NCBI GenBank assembly: GCA_965205865.1
Contig: CBDBHR010000017.1
Location: forward strand, 1-64,000
Source of the DNA: a bacterium
Lineage (GTDB): Bacteria; SAR324; NAC60-12
DNA: 64,000 nucleotides
Reading direction: 5' to 3'
Below the pieces are notes generated by a model that saw only the letters and a list, made by a program, of their open reading frames with translations, did no database searches and was not told where the DNA came from. The translations under genes and the position numbers were made by a program. Numbering within the stretch: position 1 is the first letter of the stretch; the number at the start of each line of letters is the position of its first letter. Shown here piece after piece: positions 44,601 through 50,124 of the stretch.

Positions 44601-46315
44601 TGTACAATAGCTTCCATACGAGCTCCTTTTTGCTGCAATTCAAGCTGACTGAACAGGATTTGATACTCGCCTTCGGCTTTAAGAAAGAGGGTGGAGTGAC
44701 GCAGGGGAAACTTTGGGAATTGCTCCAATTTTTCAAATAAAGCGATCGCTTCTTCGTAGTTTTGCTTTTCCCACTCCCTTTGACCAAGCTGGTAATAAAG
44801 CGAAGCAATTCTCGCTTTAGCCTCGTCTTGGTACTGACGGTCCTTGGTTTTGAGGTAATTTTGATAGAGCAGAATGATGGTTTCCATGAGAGCCCCTTTG
44901 TGCTGGGACTCAGGTACGCGCAGCAAGATTAGATATTCCCCTTCGGCTTTGAGAAACAAAGCGGGATTCCTTAGAGGGAACCGCGGGAATTGCTCGAGTT
45001 CGTCAAAAAAAGCGATCGCTTCTTTATAGTTTTGCTGTTTCCACTCTTTCTGCCCGAGCTGATAGTAAAGCGTGGCAATCCTCGCTTTACTATCTTCCAG
45101 GTACTGGTTGTCCGTGGTTTTAAGATAATTCTGAAAGAGAAGTACGATGGCTTCCAGACGAGCCTTATTGTGCTGCGACTCAGGTTGGCTGAGCAATATT
45201 TGATACTCCCCTTCGGCTTTGAGAAAAAGAGTGGGATGGCGTAAGGGAAATTGAGGGAATTGCTCGAGTTCGTCAAAAAAAGCGATTGCTTTTTTGTAAT
45301 TTTTTCGTTTCCACTCACTCTGGCCGAGTTGGTAGTAAAGCGTTGCGATCCTCTCATTAGCAATTTTTTGATATTGGTTGTCCCCGGTTTTGAGGTAGTT
45401 TTGATAGAGCCCTGCGATAGCTTCCATACGAGCCCCTTTTTTGCGGGTCTCAGACTCACCCAGCAATATTTGATACTCCCCTTCAGCTTTGAGAAAGAGA
45501 GTGGAATCGCGCAGGGGGAACTGAGGGAATTGCTCCAATTTGTCAAAAAAAGCAATCGCTTCTTTGAAGTTTTTTTGCCCCCACTCATTTAAGGCGAGTT
45601 GGTAATAAATTTTGGCCTGACGGTCTTCGTCTTGAATATGGTTTACATATTCCTGCAACCATTTTTTCGCTTTCTGAAATTCTTGTTGATGCTGATAGGC
45701 CAATCCCAACAGATGGAGCCACTCAATTTTCATCTCCTTGGTCAGGTGTTCTTTGGTTGTTATTTTGGAAAGTGTATTACTGGCTTTCTGATAAAGAGGA
45801 ATCGCTTCTGAAGATTGATTTTGACGGGATAATTCCGCTGCATAAAAAAAAGAGTTTCCTAACCAATAGAGGGCAATTTCCCGATTACGACTTTCTGGAA
45901 ATTTTTTTGTGAACTCCCCTAAAATTGAAATGCTTCGCTCGTATTGCAACAAGCTTGCTCTCAATAGACCTTCCCGAAACATCGCATCTTCAGTCCATTG
46001 ACCCGTTGGATATTCTTGACGATAATTTTGGTATTCGTCCGCAACCCCTGACTTGTCTTCCGAACTCAATTCTCCGGACCGTATTTTCAAGAAAATAACT
46101 GCCTCTCGAAATTGACCCTCAGGAAATTTATTGAGGTATTCTTCTGCTTCCTCTTGAGCAAGTTCATGAAATCCGTCCTTGAAAAATCCCTGAATTATTT
46201 GAAACTGTTCTTCCTCAGTTAAAGAAGCCAATGTATTGATAGGAAAAAATAACCCCATGAGGAGTAGTAAGAAGATTATGAAATCCACAAAATAATATTT
46301 ATTTAAAGAGGCCAT
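26681..46315 (-). CDS. Giant exported TPR/alpha-solenoid repeat protein (about 6,544 aa)
   Basis: Open frame of 19.6 kb. Likely start MASLNKYY followed by a hydrophobic signal (..FPINTLA-S); non-repetitive TPR-like N- and C-terminal regions; 62 central 90-aa units. Confidence 0.9.
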   Translation of the reverse strand: MASLNKYYFVDFIIFLLLLMGLFFPINTLASLTEEEQFQIIQGFFKDGFHELAQEEAEEYLNKFPEGQFREAVIFLKIRSGELSSEDKSGVADEYQNYRQEYPTGQWTEDAMFREGLLRASLLQYERSISILGEFTKKFPESRNREIALYWLGNSFFYAAELSRQNQSSEAIPLYQKASNTLSKITTKEHLTKEMKIEWLHLLGLAYQHQQEFQKAKKWLQEYVNHIQDEDRQAKIYYQLALNEWGQKNFKEAIAFFDKLEQFPQFPLRDSTLFLKAEGEYQILLGESETRKKGARMEAIAGLYQNYLKTGDNQYQKIANERIATLYYQLGQSEWKRKNYKKAIAFFDELEQFPQFPLRHPTLFLKAEGEYQILLSQPESQHNKARLEAIVLLFQNYLKTTDNQYLEDSKARIATLYYQLGQKEWKQQNYKEAIAFFDELEQFPRFPLRNPALFLKAEGEYLILLRVPESQHKGALMETIILLYQNYLKTKDRQYQDEAKARIASLYYQLGQREWEKQNYEEAIALFEKLEQFPKFPLRHSTLFLKAEGEYQILFSQLELQQKGARMEAIVQLYQNYLKTEDSQYQDYAKARIASLYYQLGQMEWEKQNYKEAIVFFDELEQFPHFPLRQPTLFLKAEGKYQIFLSRPESRHSRVEMETIAQLYQNYLETQDDQYQREANARIASLYYQLGQIEWKKQNYKEAITFFEKLEQFPQFPLRYPALFLKAEGEYQIMLSLAELRQKRSRLEAIVQLYQNYLKTEDSEYQDDARARIALLYYQLGQNEWGKQNYKEAIAFFEKLEQFPQFPHRHPTLFLRAEGEYQILLKRPKSQHKRARLEAIVQLYQNYLKTKDNQYQDDAKARVALLYYQLGQQEWQRHNYREAITFFDELEQFPGFPLRHPALFLKAEGEYQILLSLPESEHKRVRLEAIVLLFQNYLKTGNIQYQSDANARIAVLYYRLGQNEWKKQNYKEAIGFFDKLEQFPQFPLRHPTLFLKAEGEYQILFGLPESQQKRTRLEAIVLLYQNYLETQDDQYQDDARARIALLYYQIGQIEWEKQNYKDAIAFFDKLEQFPQFPLRHPTLFLKAEGEYQILLSQPQTQQSRVRLETIVRLYQNYLETKDKQFRNDARARIASLYYQLGQFEWDKQNYEEAIAFFDELEQFPQFPLRHPTIFLKAEGEYQILLNQPESQHKRTRLEGIIQLYQNYLKTEDSKYQDDARARIASLYYQLGQIEWDRQNYQEAIAFFDELEQFPQFPLRHPALFLKAEGEYQILMSEPQSQHKVAHLEAIVKLYQNYLNTKDSQYEDDANARIALLYYQLGQLQWKKQNYKEAIAFFDELEQFPLFHLRHPALFLKAEGEYQILLSQPETQHKRVSLEAIIQLYQNYLKTGDSRYEGDARARIASLYYQLGQIEWDKQNYEEAIAFFDELEQFPQFHLRHPTLFLKAEGEYQILLNQPESQRKRTRLEGIIQLYQNYLDTEDSEYQDDARGRIASLYYQLGQIEWDKQNYKEAIAFFDELEQFPQFPLRHPALFLKAEGEYQILLSEPQSQHKGARMETIVILYQNYLNTEDSQYVDDANARIALLYYQLAQLQWKRQNFKEAIAFFDELEQFPQFPLRHPTLFLKAEGEYQILLTQPELQHKRVRLEAIIQLYQNYLITEDDQYQADARARVASLYYQLGQEEWEKQNFKEAITFFDKLEQFPQFPLRHPALFLKAEGEYQILMNQPKSQHNRVRMEGIVQLFKNYLGTEDSKYETDARARIASLFYQLGQNEWEEKNYKEAIAFFDELEQFPQFPLRHPTLFLKAEGEYQISLGRPESEQKRAHLETIAQLYKNYLKTGDSQYQSDASARIASLYYQLGLSEWDKQKYKEAIAFFDELEQFPQFPQRISILFLKAEGEYQILLSEPDSPHNKARIENIIQLYLNYLQTESSQYRSDAEARVASLYYQLGQYEWHEKNFEEAIAFFDELEQFPQFPLRHSILFLKAEGEYQILLSQPESRNKRVRVEDIIQLYQNYLKTEDDQYQDDARSRVALLYYQLGQQEWEKQNYKEAIAFFNELEQFPQFPLLHSTLFLKAEGEYQILLSEPESQHDRAGMEKVIYLYQNYLKTEDNRYQDDSRARIASLYYQLGQNEWEQENYKEAIAFFDELEQFPQFPLRHPALFLKAEGEYQILLNQPESQHERTRLEAIVRLYQNYLETQDHQYRNDARARIASLYYQLGQQEWEKQNYKEAIAFFDELEQFPQFPLRHPTLFLKAEGEYQILLSQPEPQHNRVRLEAIVRLYQNYLETRDSQYRNDARARIASLYYQIGQNEWEKQNYKEAIAYFDELEHFPQFPLRHTTLFLKAEGEYQILLSQPEPQRNRVRLEGIIQLYQNYLKTGDNQYKSDAGARVASLYYQLGQNEWEKQNYKEAIAYFDELEQFPQFPLRHPTLFLKAEGEYQILLSQPESEQKRVHLETIVQLYQNYLETQDSQYQGDANSRIASLYYQIGQQEWEKQNYKEAIAFFDKLEQFPQFPLRHPALFLKAEGEYQIMLSQPKSEHERAHLEALAQIYQNYLETQDSQYRNDARARIASLYYQLGQNEWEKQNYREAIAYFDELEQFPQFPLRQSTLFLKAEGEYKILLNQPEFQNNRVRMEAIIQLYQNYLKTEDNQFRSDARGRIASLYYQLGQSEWEKQNYKEAIVFFNELKQFPLFPLRHSALFLIAEGGYQILLSQPESQRNRTRQEAIVQLYQNYLETQDGQYQDDANSRIASLYYQIGQQEWEKQNYKEAIAFFDKLEQFPQFPLRHPTLFLKAEGEYQILRNLPKSQHERTRLEAIAQLYQNYLETEDIQYQDDAKARIASLYYQLGQQEWEQQNYKEAIAFFDELEQFPQFSLRHPTLFLKAEGEYQILLSQPESQHNRVQMETIVLLYQNYLKTEDSQYQGEAKARIASLYYQLGQNEWEQQNYKEAIAFFDELEQFPQFPLRHQTLFLKAEGEYQILQSQPESRYKRVRPEAIVKLYQNYLETQDSQYQDDAKARIASLYYQLGQQEWEKQNYKEAITYFDKLEQFPQFPLRHPTLFLKAEGEYQILLSQSESQHERARLEAIAQLYQNYLKTEDVQFQDDAKARIASLYYQLGQNEWEQQNYKEAIAFFDELEQFPQFPLRHPALFLKAEGEYQILMSQPESQHNRVQMETIVLLYQNYLKTEDSQYQGEAKARIASLYYQIGQQEWEKKNYKEAISFFDELEQFPQFSLRHQALFLKAEGEYQILQSQPESRYKPVRPEAIVQLYQNYLETQDSQYQDDANSRIASLYYQIGQQEWEKQNYKEAVAFFDKLEQFPQFPLRHPTLFLKAEGEYQILLGQPESQHERARLEAIAQLYRNYLKTEDVQFQDDAKARIASLYYQLGQQEWKKQNYKEAIAFFDELEQFPQFPLRHPTLFLKAEGEYQILMSQPESQHNRVQMETIVLLYQNYLKTEDSQYQGEAKARIASLYYQIGQQEWEKKNYKEAISFFDELEQFPQFPLRHPTLFLKAEGEYQILLSQPEPQHNRVRLEAIVRLYQNYLETRDSQYRNDARARIASLYYQIGQNEWEKQNYKEAIAYFDELEHFPQFPLRHTTLFLKAEGEYQILLSQPEPQRNRVRLEGIIQLYQNYLKTGDNQYKSDAGARVASLYYQLGQNEWEKQNYKEAIAYFDELEQFPQFPLRHPTLFLKAEGEYQILLSQPESEQKRVHLETIVQLYQNYLETQDSQYQGDANSRIASLYYQIGQQEWEKQNYKEAIAFFDKLEQFPQFPLRHPALFLKAEGEYQIMLSQPKSEHERAHLEALAQIYQNYLETQDSQYRNDARARIASLYYQLGQNEWEKQNYREAIAYFDELEQFPQFPLRQSTLFLKAEGEYKILLNQPEFQNNRVRMEAIIQLYQNYLKTEDNQFRSDARGRIASLYYQLGQSEWEKQNYKEAIVFFNELKQFPLFPLRHSALFLIAEGGYQILLSQPESQRNRTRQEAIVQLYQNYLETQDGQYQDDANSRIASLYYQIGQQEWEKQNYKEAIAFFDKLEQFPQFPLRHPTLFLKAEGEYQILRNLPKSQHERTRLEAIAQLYQNYLETEDIQYQDDAKARIASLYYQLGQQEWEQQNYKEAIAFFDELEQFPQFSLRHPTLFLKAEGEYQILLSQPESQHNRVQMETIVLLYQNYLKTEDSQYQGEAKARIASLYYQLGQNEWEQQNYKEAIAFFDELEQFPQFPLRHQTLFLKAEGEYQILQSQPESRYKRVRPEAIVKLYQNYLETQDSQYQDDAKARIASLYYQLGQQEWEKQNYKEAITYFDKLEQFPQFPLRHPTLFLKAEGEYQILLSQSESQHERARLEAIAQLYQNYLKTEDVQFQDDAKARIASLYYQLGQNEWEQQNYKEAIAFFDELEQFPQFPLRHPALFLKAEGEYQILMSQPESQHNRVQMETIVLLYQNYLKTEDSQYQGEAKARIASLYYQIGQQEWEKKNYKEAISFFDELEQFPQFSLRHQALFLKAEGEYQILQSQPESRYKPVRPEAIVQLYQNYLETQDSQYQDDANSRIASLYYQIGQQEWEKQNYKEAVVFFDKLEQFPQFPLRHPTLFLKAEGEYQILLGQPESQHERVHLETIVALYQTYLETEDSQYRADARARIASLYYQIGQQEWEKQNYKEAIAFFDELEQFPQFPLLDSTLFLKAEGEYQILLNRPEPEQNRSRMEAIVLLYQNYLKTEKNQYQGEAKARIASLYYQIGQQEWEKQNYKEAIAFFDILEQFPQFPLRHPTLFLKAEGEYQILQSQPESQLNQTRLETIVLLYLTYLETEDSQYQADARARIASLYYQLGQNEWEKQNYKEAITFFDKLEQFPQFPLRHPTLFLKAEGEYLILLSQSESEHKGARLEAIVRLYQDYLETEDSQYQADARAKIASLYYQLGKNEWEKQNYREAIAYFDELEQFPQFPLRHPALFLKAEGEYQILQSEPQSKQTGARKEAIIQLYQNYLKTEDSQYKDDANTRVALLYYQLGLEEWEKQNYHEALAFFDELEQFPQFRQSHSTLFLKAEGQYQILQSEPQSKQTGARKEAIIQLYQNYLKTEDSKFQDDAKARVASLYYQLGQEEWEKQNYKEAIAFFYELDQFPQFPLRHPTLFLKAEGEYQILLGEPESQHKRARMESIIQLYQNYLKTEDRQYQNDANARIASLYYQLGQLEWEKRNYKEAIAFFDELEQFPQFPLRHSTLFLKAEGEYQILLSQPESQHKRIHLETIVKFFQNYLKSQDSKYEGDARARIALLYYQIGQLEWEKQNYKEAVVFFEKVEQFPQFSQRHLALFLKAEGQYQILLSEPQTLRKRARLEAIAQLYQNYLKTEDNEFQSDANARIASLYYQLGQNEWEKQNYKEAVAFFNELEQFPQFSLRHPTLFLTAEGEYQIFLSQPESQHERARLEAIAQLYKNYLVTRDEQYRSDAGARVASLYYQLGQNEWEKQNYREAITFFDELEQFPQFALRHPALFLKAEGEYQILLNQPESQHERARLEAIAQLYQNYLVTQDEQYRSDARARIASLYFQLGQNEWKKQNYKEALTFFDELKQFPQFPLRHPTLFLKAEGEYQMLLSEPKSKHERTRLEAIVQLYQNYLETGDSQYQSDANARIASLYYQLGQNEWKKQNYKEALAFFDELEQFPQFPLRHPVLYLKAEGEYQILLIEPKSKYERTRLEAIAQLYQNYLLTEDNQYQGDANARIAALYYQLGQQEWEKQNYKEAVAFFDKLEQFPRFPLRQSTLFFKAEGEYQILLSQPESQQKRAHLEGIVELYQNYLQTEDKQYHARALRRIGKLFLELNEPLETISYYMQYLKTGDSTHVAGVHYELGQLFINQEDNVQAIRELEFARKSKEYQNDVELILQLSQLLERENRHRELQNLLAEARNNSTLSDQHRNYFWMKDIDIALKNNQCEKILKESREVFSTLKPADRQFVLYARSVCFHQTKQWKQAVVDLHAIKHNPNYETFAFEKLIEIYQETKDWNSMATHIEEFLKRKNFPLLPDHFQILLDAYHQLEDLKNVAATYIRWESVFPKEVQKSEFLIDWAETEEKLNRLEKSRDLYKKILSLPEIDLELREGIVFQLADSYLNDEDYISVVQIYEQDLIPHLSETTAQQKYALVIGQIYYDSLQEYDKARQWLQKVDRGQATDLEVRAILLLSDIAEELGEMDQAIQLLNNLTERSLKPEWALNVNYRLAILYEKHQLLPEALKKYRVMAGDKAITKKEDLELQEYAEKRIQEIEKNNAIQELDQLIKNKSWQDVALRIRNGFSLQNFTPSHELYEVLVYAERHQKNWQGILDAYQDWGKLDASKAESLEALLTRGEAALKLSDNQLAEKFYSNALKIVSIEDQATLIFLTKSLSVIYEHEKNYRKVVDVYEQTYPLLRDTDDQIHFAYKLGSFYLSPLNDKTQARKWFAEADKGGIQEEELSAAWQLAELESDPVKTIKILAKMAFRPISKNLEWYITVNLKLGILYEQQEQWRKAKLHYDRVIKTKTSEHKKYGQFARERSNIIAVYLKSLKESQ
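28871..45610 (-). repeat. 62 x 270-bp intragenic tandem repeat array
   Basis: The gatagtaaag/ggtagtaaag marker (LYYQ) recurs every 270 bp from 29131 to 45601 with no phase change. Confidence 0.93.
32475..39597. repeat. Near-identical 3.3-kb direct duplication (32475-35817 and 36255-39597)
   Basis: Sequence lines match at offset 3,780 (14 units), with one mismatch noticed at 32592/36372; the ORF track gives identical translations at this offset. Confidence 0.9.
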
Positions 46316-46341
46316 TTTTAATCTTTTCTGAGATAGTGGTT

Positions 46342-46656
46342 TCAGTGAAATATTTTGATTTGTTGAATTACATTTTCCCAGCAAGCGCTGTTGATGTTGT
46401 CAACACGAACGACCTTATTTCGGTTGTTTACGCCATGCTGGATGGAAATATTGGAATGGGGAACTTTTAGCGCTTTGGCGAGAAAAGAAATGCGCTGTTT
46501 GTTTGCCTGTCTTCCTTTGGGGGCGGCAGTAAGACTTAGTTTGATTTTATTGTCAAAGACACGTCCCCATGACACTTTGGAAGCGCGTGGTTGGACATAT
46601 AAGTAGAGAGTGAGTTGGTTCCCTTCTAATACAAAACCGTTTTCTGCAGACATCAT
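46342..46656 (-). CDS. DUF167 (YggU/UPF0235) family protein
   Basis: LYVQPRAS...IKLSLTA.P....AN....FLAKALKVP.S.I.I..G...RNK. Confidence 0.8.
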   Translation of the reverse strand: MMSAENGFVLEGNQLTLYLYVQPRASKVSWGRVFDNKIKLSLTAAPKGRQANKQRISFLAKALKVPHSNISIQHGVNNRNKVVRVDNINSACWENVIQQIKIFH

Positions 46657-47146
46657 TGCACCTGAAATATGAACCAATCAATTATTCGGAATTTCCCCTT
46701 TGCAATATCTTTGCATGAACTTGACCACTTTGCTGCTTACAAAAAATTTTGTATTGAAAAGCGCTATGAATCAAGAATCTTCAAGTTTCAGCACTTCTTT
46801 CTGGCCGGAGATGTCATCAAGTCTCATTGGAAGGCGTGAATTTATAATTCGACGGATTTCATTCCTTTCTTCAAAATATTCCTCGTTTTGTTCTGCGAAT
46901 TAGGCTCCCTTTTTCAACTTCATAATTGTATGGCTTGATTGGCTGGTCAGGTTTTTTAAACAGTAGTCACTGATTTGCTGAAAAAGGTTCTCTACAGGTG
47001 AACTGGATGATCGTGAGTCAATTGTTGCAAAGGCTAAAAAAATAATGAATACGTTCTCTGTTGAACGATCATACAAACTTCTGTAGACTAATAAGATAAT
47101 TTACAACAATTCAAAAAAATAGTCATCCGGAATTAGAGATAATTGT

Positions 47147-47782
47147 ATGATGGCACAAACGTGTATTAAGGTTTGTGGGCTGACTAACCGTGAGCAGGTC
47201 AAAGCCTGTGTCGTATCAGGTGCGCATTGGTTGGGATTCAATTGCTATCCTCAATCCAAAAGGTATGTTTTTCCTGAAAAAATACGTGAATTGTTGAATG
47301 TTGTACCCGACAATGTGAAAACGGTTGGTGTTTTTGTCAATGAATCTTTACAAAACGTAAATCAGATTATGGAATACACGGGCATGCAACTCGTCCAACT
47401 GCATGGCGACGAGTCTCCTGATTATGCCAAAGCCCTCAATCATCCGTACATCCGTGCTTTCCGTGTCTCTCCCATTTTTCAACCGAATCAGATCAGTCAC
47501 TATCACTTGACCCATTTTTTACTGGATTCTTACCATCCCAATCTTTACGGAGGAACAGGCGAATCTTTCAACTGGGAAATTGCAAAAGAAACAAAAAAGT
47601 TTGGAAGATTGATCTTGGCCGGCGGTTTGCGTTCCGAAAATGTTCAAAAAGCTGTTACCACTGTTCGTCCTTTTGGAGTCGATGTCTGTAGCGGAGTTGA
47701 ATCTGCACCGGGAGTGAAAGATTTGAACCGGGTCGCTACTTTTATTTCGGCGGTAAAAAAAGCAGACTGTTCCTTAATGTAG
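47147..47782 (+). CDS. trpF: Phosphoribosylanthranilate isomerase
   Basis: IKVCGLT, VGVFVN, VQLHGDES, GGTG..F.W, LAGGL..ENV, DVCSGVE..PG.KD. Confidence 0.95.
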   Translation: MMAQTCIKVCGLTNREQVKACVVSGAHWLGFNCYPQSKRYVFPEKIRELLNVVPDNVKTVGVFVNESLQNVNQIMEYTGMQLVQLHGDESPDYAKALNHPYIRAFRVSPIFQPNQISHYHLTHFLLDSYHPNLYGGTGESFNWEIAKETKKFGRLILAGGLRSENVQKAVTTVRPFGVDVCSGVESAPGVKDLNRVATFISAVKKADCSLM

Positions 47783-47816
47783 TGGAGTCATTAGTTAATG
47801 CTTGGACGAATATCGC

Positions 47817-48035
47817 TTATTCTCCCGTTTCATGAGGATTAGAGGTCAAAAATAATTTTGTAGATTTTTGAGCTATCCTGAGATCTTTCAAAATTCTCTC
47901 AATGATATGGCCATTTTGATAATTAGGAAGAGAATACGTTTGATCCCACGTAGAGTGGTTCAGTACCTCCCAAACCATGATTCTTGTAAAATTTCTCAAA
48001 GGCGTTATCATATCGTCTTTGATTGCGGATTCCAT
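47817..48035 (-). CDS. Small hypothetical protein (doubtful)
   Basis: 72-aa ORF fills the trpF-gloB gap on the opposite strand; no recognisable motif. Confidence 0.25.
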   Translation of the reverse strand: MESAIKDDMITPLRNFTRIMVWEVLNHSTWDQTYSLPNYQNGHIIERILKDLRIAQKSTKLFLTSNPHETGE

Positions 48036-48062
48036 TATATCGTATCGTGAAACGAGGTTTTT

Positions 48063-48836
48063 ATGCGAGTCATTCCAATTCTATGTTTGCAAGACAATTA
48101 TGCGTATTTGATCGTTTGTGAAACTACCAATCAGGCAGGAATTGTAGATCCTTCCGAATTCAGACCCGTGTGGCAGGAAATTGAGCGTCAAAAGGTACAA
48201 TTGGTGGCTATTTTGAATACGCACCACCACTGGGATCATGTAGGAGGAAATAAGAAACTGCTGCGAAGAGTCCCCGAATTGAAAGTGTATGGGCATCATT
48301 CGGATCAAGGTCGCATTCCCGGGCAGAATGAGATGTTGGAAGAAACAGACAAATTACGAATCGGGAAACTGGAAGCACGCCTCACCCACAATCCAGGACA
48401 CACCACTGGGGCGATTTCCTTTTATTTCGAGGACGCGGTATTCACTGGAGATACCCTATTTGCTGCAGGCTGTGGGCGGTTGTTTGAGGGAACCCCACAA
48501 GACATGTACTCCTCCCTCAATGAAAAAATTGGAGCCCATGCTCCTGTCACAAAAGTTTATTTCGGTCATGAATACACAGAAAACAATCTGAAATTTGCCC
48601 AATTTTTGGAACCCGACAACGCGTGGGTTCAAAAAAAATTGAAAGAGACCCGACGCTTACGGCAAGCAGGAAAATTCACGACCCCTTCTACCTTGGAGTC
48701 AGAATGGCAGACCAATCCATTCATGCGATGTGACAGTCCTCAAATCCGGGCTGCCGTGAAACGGTACGATCCTCAGAACGACTTGACCCCCGTCTCGGTT
48801 TTACGGGTCGTTCGGCAGCTTAAAGATGATTTTTGA
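48063..48836 (+). CDS. gloB: Hydroxyacylglutathione hydrolase (glyoxalase II)
   Basis: DNYAY, THHHWDHVGG, PGHT.G, FTGDTLF..GCGR.FEG, GHEYT..N, NPFMR. Confidence 0.93.
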   Translation: MRVIPILCLQDNYAYLIVCETTNQAGIVDPSEFRPVWQEIERQKVQLVAILNTHHHWDHVGGNKKLLRRVPELKVYGHHSDQGRIPGQNEMLEETDKLRIGKLEARLTHNPGHTTGAISFYFEDAVFTGDTLFAAGCGRLFEGTPQDMYSSLNEKIGAHAPVTKVYFGHEYTENNLKFAQFLEPDNAWVQKKLKETRRLRQAGKFTTPSTLESEWQTNPFMRCDSPQIRAAVKRYDPQNDLTPVSVLRVVRQLKDDF

Positions 48837-48845
48837 GTAAGATAC

Positions 48846-50057
48846 ATGCTATCCCCCCTCAATAGCTTTGATCGGTTGACGCATATTTCACGTCAACCGC
48901 AACGGCGTATATTGGGGTTGATGTCAGGTACTTCTCTCGATGGAGTGGATCTCGCCCTCACTACGATTTCCACCGTGGATCAAAAACCCAGTCCTCAATT
49001 GGAGCGATTCCTCACCCTCCCTTATCCGGATGCATTAAAAGAGAGAATTCAGACGCAGATGCAGCCTTCTTTTTCCAGTGTTGATCAAATTTGCGCCCTT
49101 CATGTGGATTTGGGACAATTTTTGGCGGAGAGAGTGCTGGAAGCATTGAACCAATGGCGAGTGGAACCTTCTCACATCGATTGTATCGCCAGTCATGGAC
49201 AAACGTTGTTTCACTTGCCGGAAGGCCGTAATTGGCAAGGCAAACCTTTGCATGCGACCCTGCAAATCGGTGATGCGGACCAAATTGCCGCGCAGACAGG
49301 AATTCTGACAATTTCCGATTTTCGTATGAAGGATTTAGCAGTGGGAGGCGCCGGCGCCCCCTTAATCCCTTATGTGGATTTCCTCTTGTTTTGTGAGTTA
49401 GGAAAACACCGGGTGCTGCACAATTTAGGCGGTATTAGCAATCTGACGTACCTGCCGGATACCGGTGATTCTCAAGACCTGATAGCATTCGACACAGGAC
49501 CTGCGAATGTCTTGATCAATTTGGCAGTAGAATCCCTCATCGATCCACAGATGCATTATGACGCGCAGGGACAAATTGCCGCAAAGGGAAAAATCGCAAA
49601 AAATTTGCTGGAGGAGTTGTTGAATCATCCTTATTTTGCGGCAGTTCCCCCCAAATCGACAGGGCTGGAACTCTTCGGGCCGATTTATTTGCAGGAAGTT
49701 TTGAGCAAAGCAGAGAGTTTGAATTTGCTGACTGAAGACCTGGTCGCCACTTTGACCGCACTAACGGCGTATTCTATTCGGAATGCCTACCAGAATTTTC
49801 TGCCCCGCAATCAGCCAATCGAAGTATATTTCAGCGGAGGAGGGGTCCACAATCAGACCTTGATGCAACAAATACAATCCCTCCTTCCCCACTTGAGCAT
49901 CCATCCGTTTTCTGATTTAGGGATGAATGCGGATGCGCGGGAAGCAATCTGTTTTGCAGTGTTGGCGCACGAGTTACTCTCCGGAAGACCAGTGACTCTT
50001 CCAGGAATCACGGGCAGTCGACACATCACGACATTGGGAAAAATTTCGCTACCTTGA
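48846..50057 (+). CDS. anmK: Anhydro-N-acetylmuramic acid kinase
   Basis: GLMSGTSLDGVD, SHGQT, DFR..D.A.GG.GAPL, NLGGISN, FDTGPAN, PKSTG.E.F. Confidence 0.95.
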   Translation: MLSPLNSFDRLTHISRQPQRRILGLMSGTSLDGVDLALTTISTVDQKPSPQLERFLTLPYPDALKERIQTQMQPSFSSVDQICALHVDLGQFLAERVLEALNQWRVEPSHIDCIASHGQTLFHLPEGRNWQGKPLHATLQIGDADQIAAQTGILTISDFRMKDLAVGGAGAPLIPYVDFLLFCELGKHRVLHNLGGISNLTYLPDTGDSQDLIAFDTGPANVLINLAVESLIDPQMHYDAQGQIAAKGKIAKNLLEELLNHPYFAAVPPKSTGLELFGPIYLQEVLSKAESLNLLTEDLVATLTALTAYSIRNAYQNFLPRNQPIEVYFSGGGVHNQTLMQQIQSLLPHLSIHPFSDLGMNADAREAICFAVLAHELLSGRPVTLPGITGSRHITTLGKISLP

Positions 50058-50124
50058 TGACTGTGGATTTCCGATCGGAATTCGAATCGGAGATGTGTGA
50101 AGGAAAGAAAGAGAGCTCAAGACC

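Noticed and set aside
28871-45610. Array as CRISPR, integron cassettes, a DGR target or a TALE-like DNA binder
   Set aside because: Units are contiguous coding repeats without spacers; no cas, integrase or reverse transcriptase is present; the protein has an export signal and TPR-like pattern.
29260-45811. Many plus-strand and alternative-frame ORFs (up to 350 aa) within the repeat array
   Set aside because: Shadows of the codon pattern of the giant minus-strand gene; they repeat with the 270-bp period and show no coherent domain.
46316-46384. N-terminal extension of the giant ORF to 46384
   Set aside because: Overlaps the DUF167 gene; the ATG at 46315 places the signal peptide at the N-terminus.
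46680-47140. Possible small gene or RNA in the DUF167-trpF divergent gap
   Set aside because: Frames are interrupted by stops and no tRNA or ncRNA structure was recognised.
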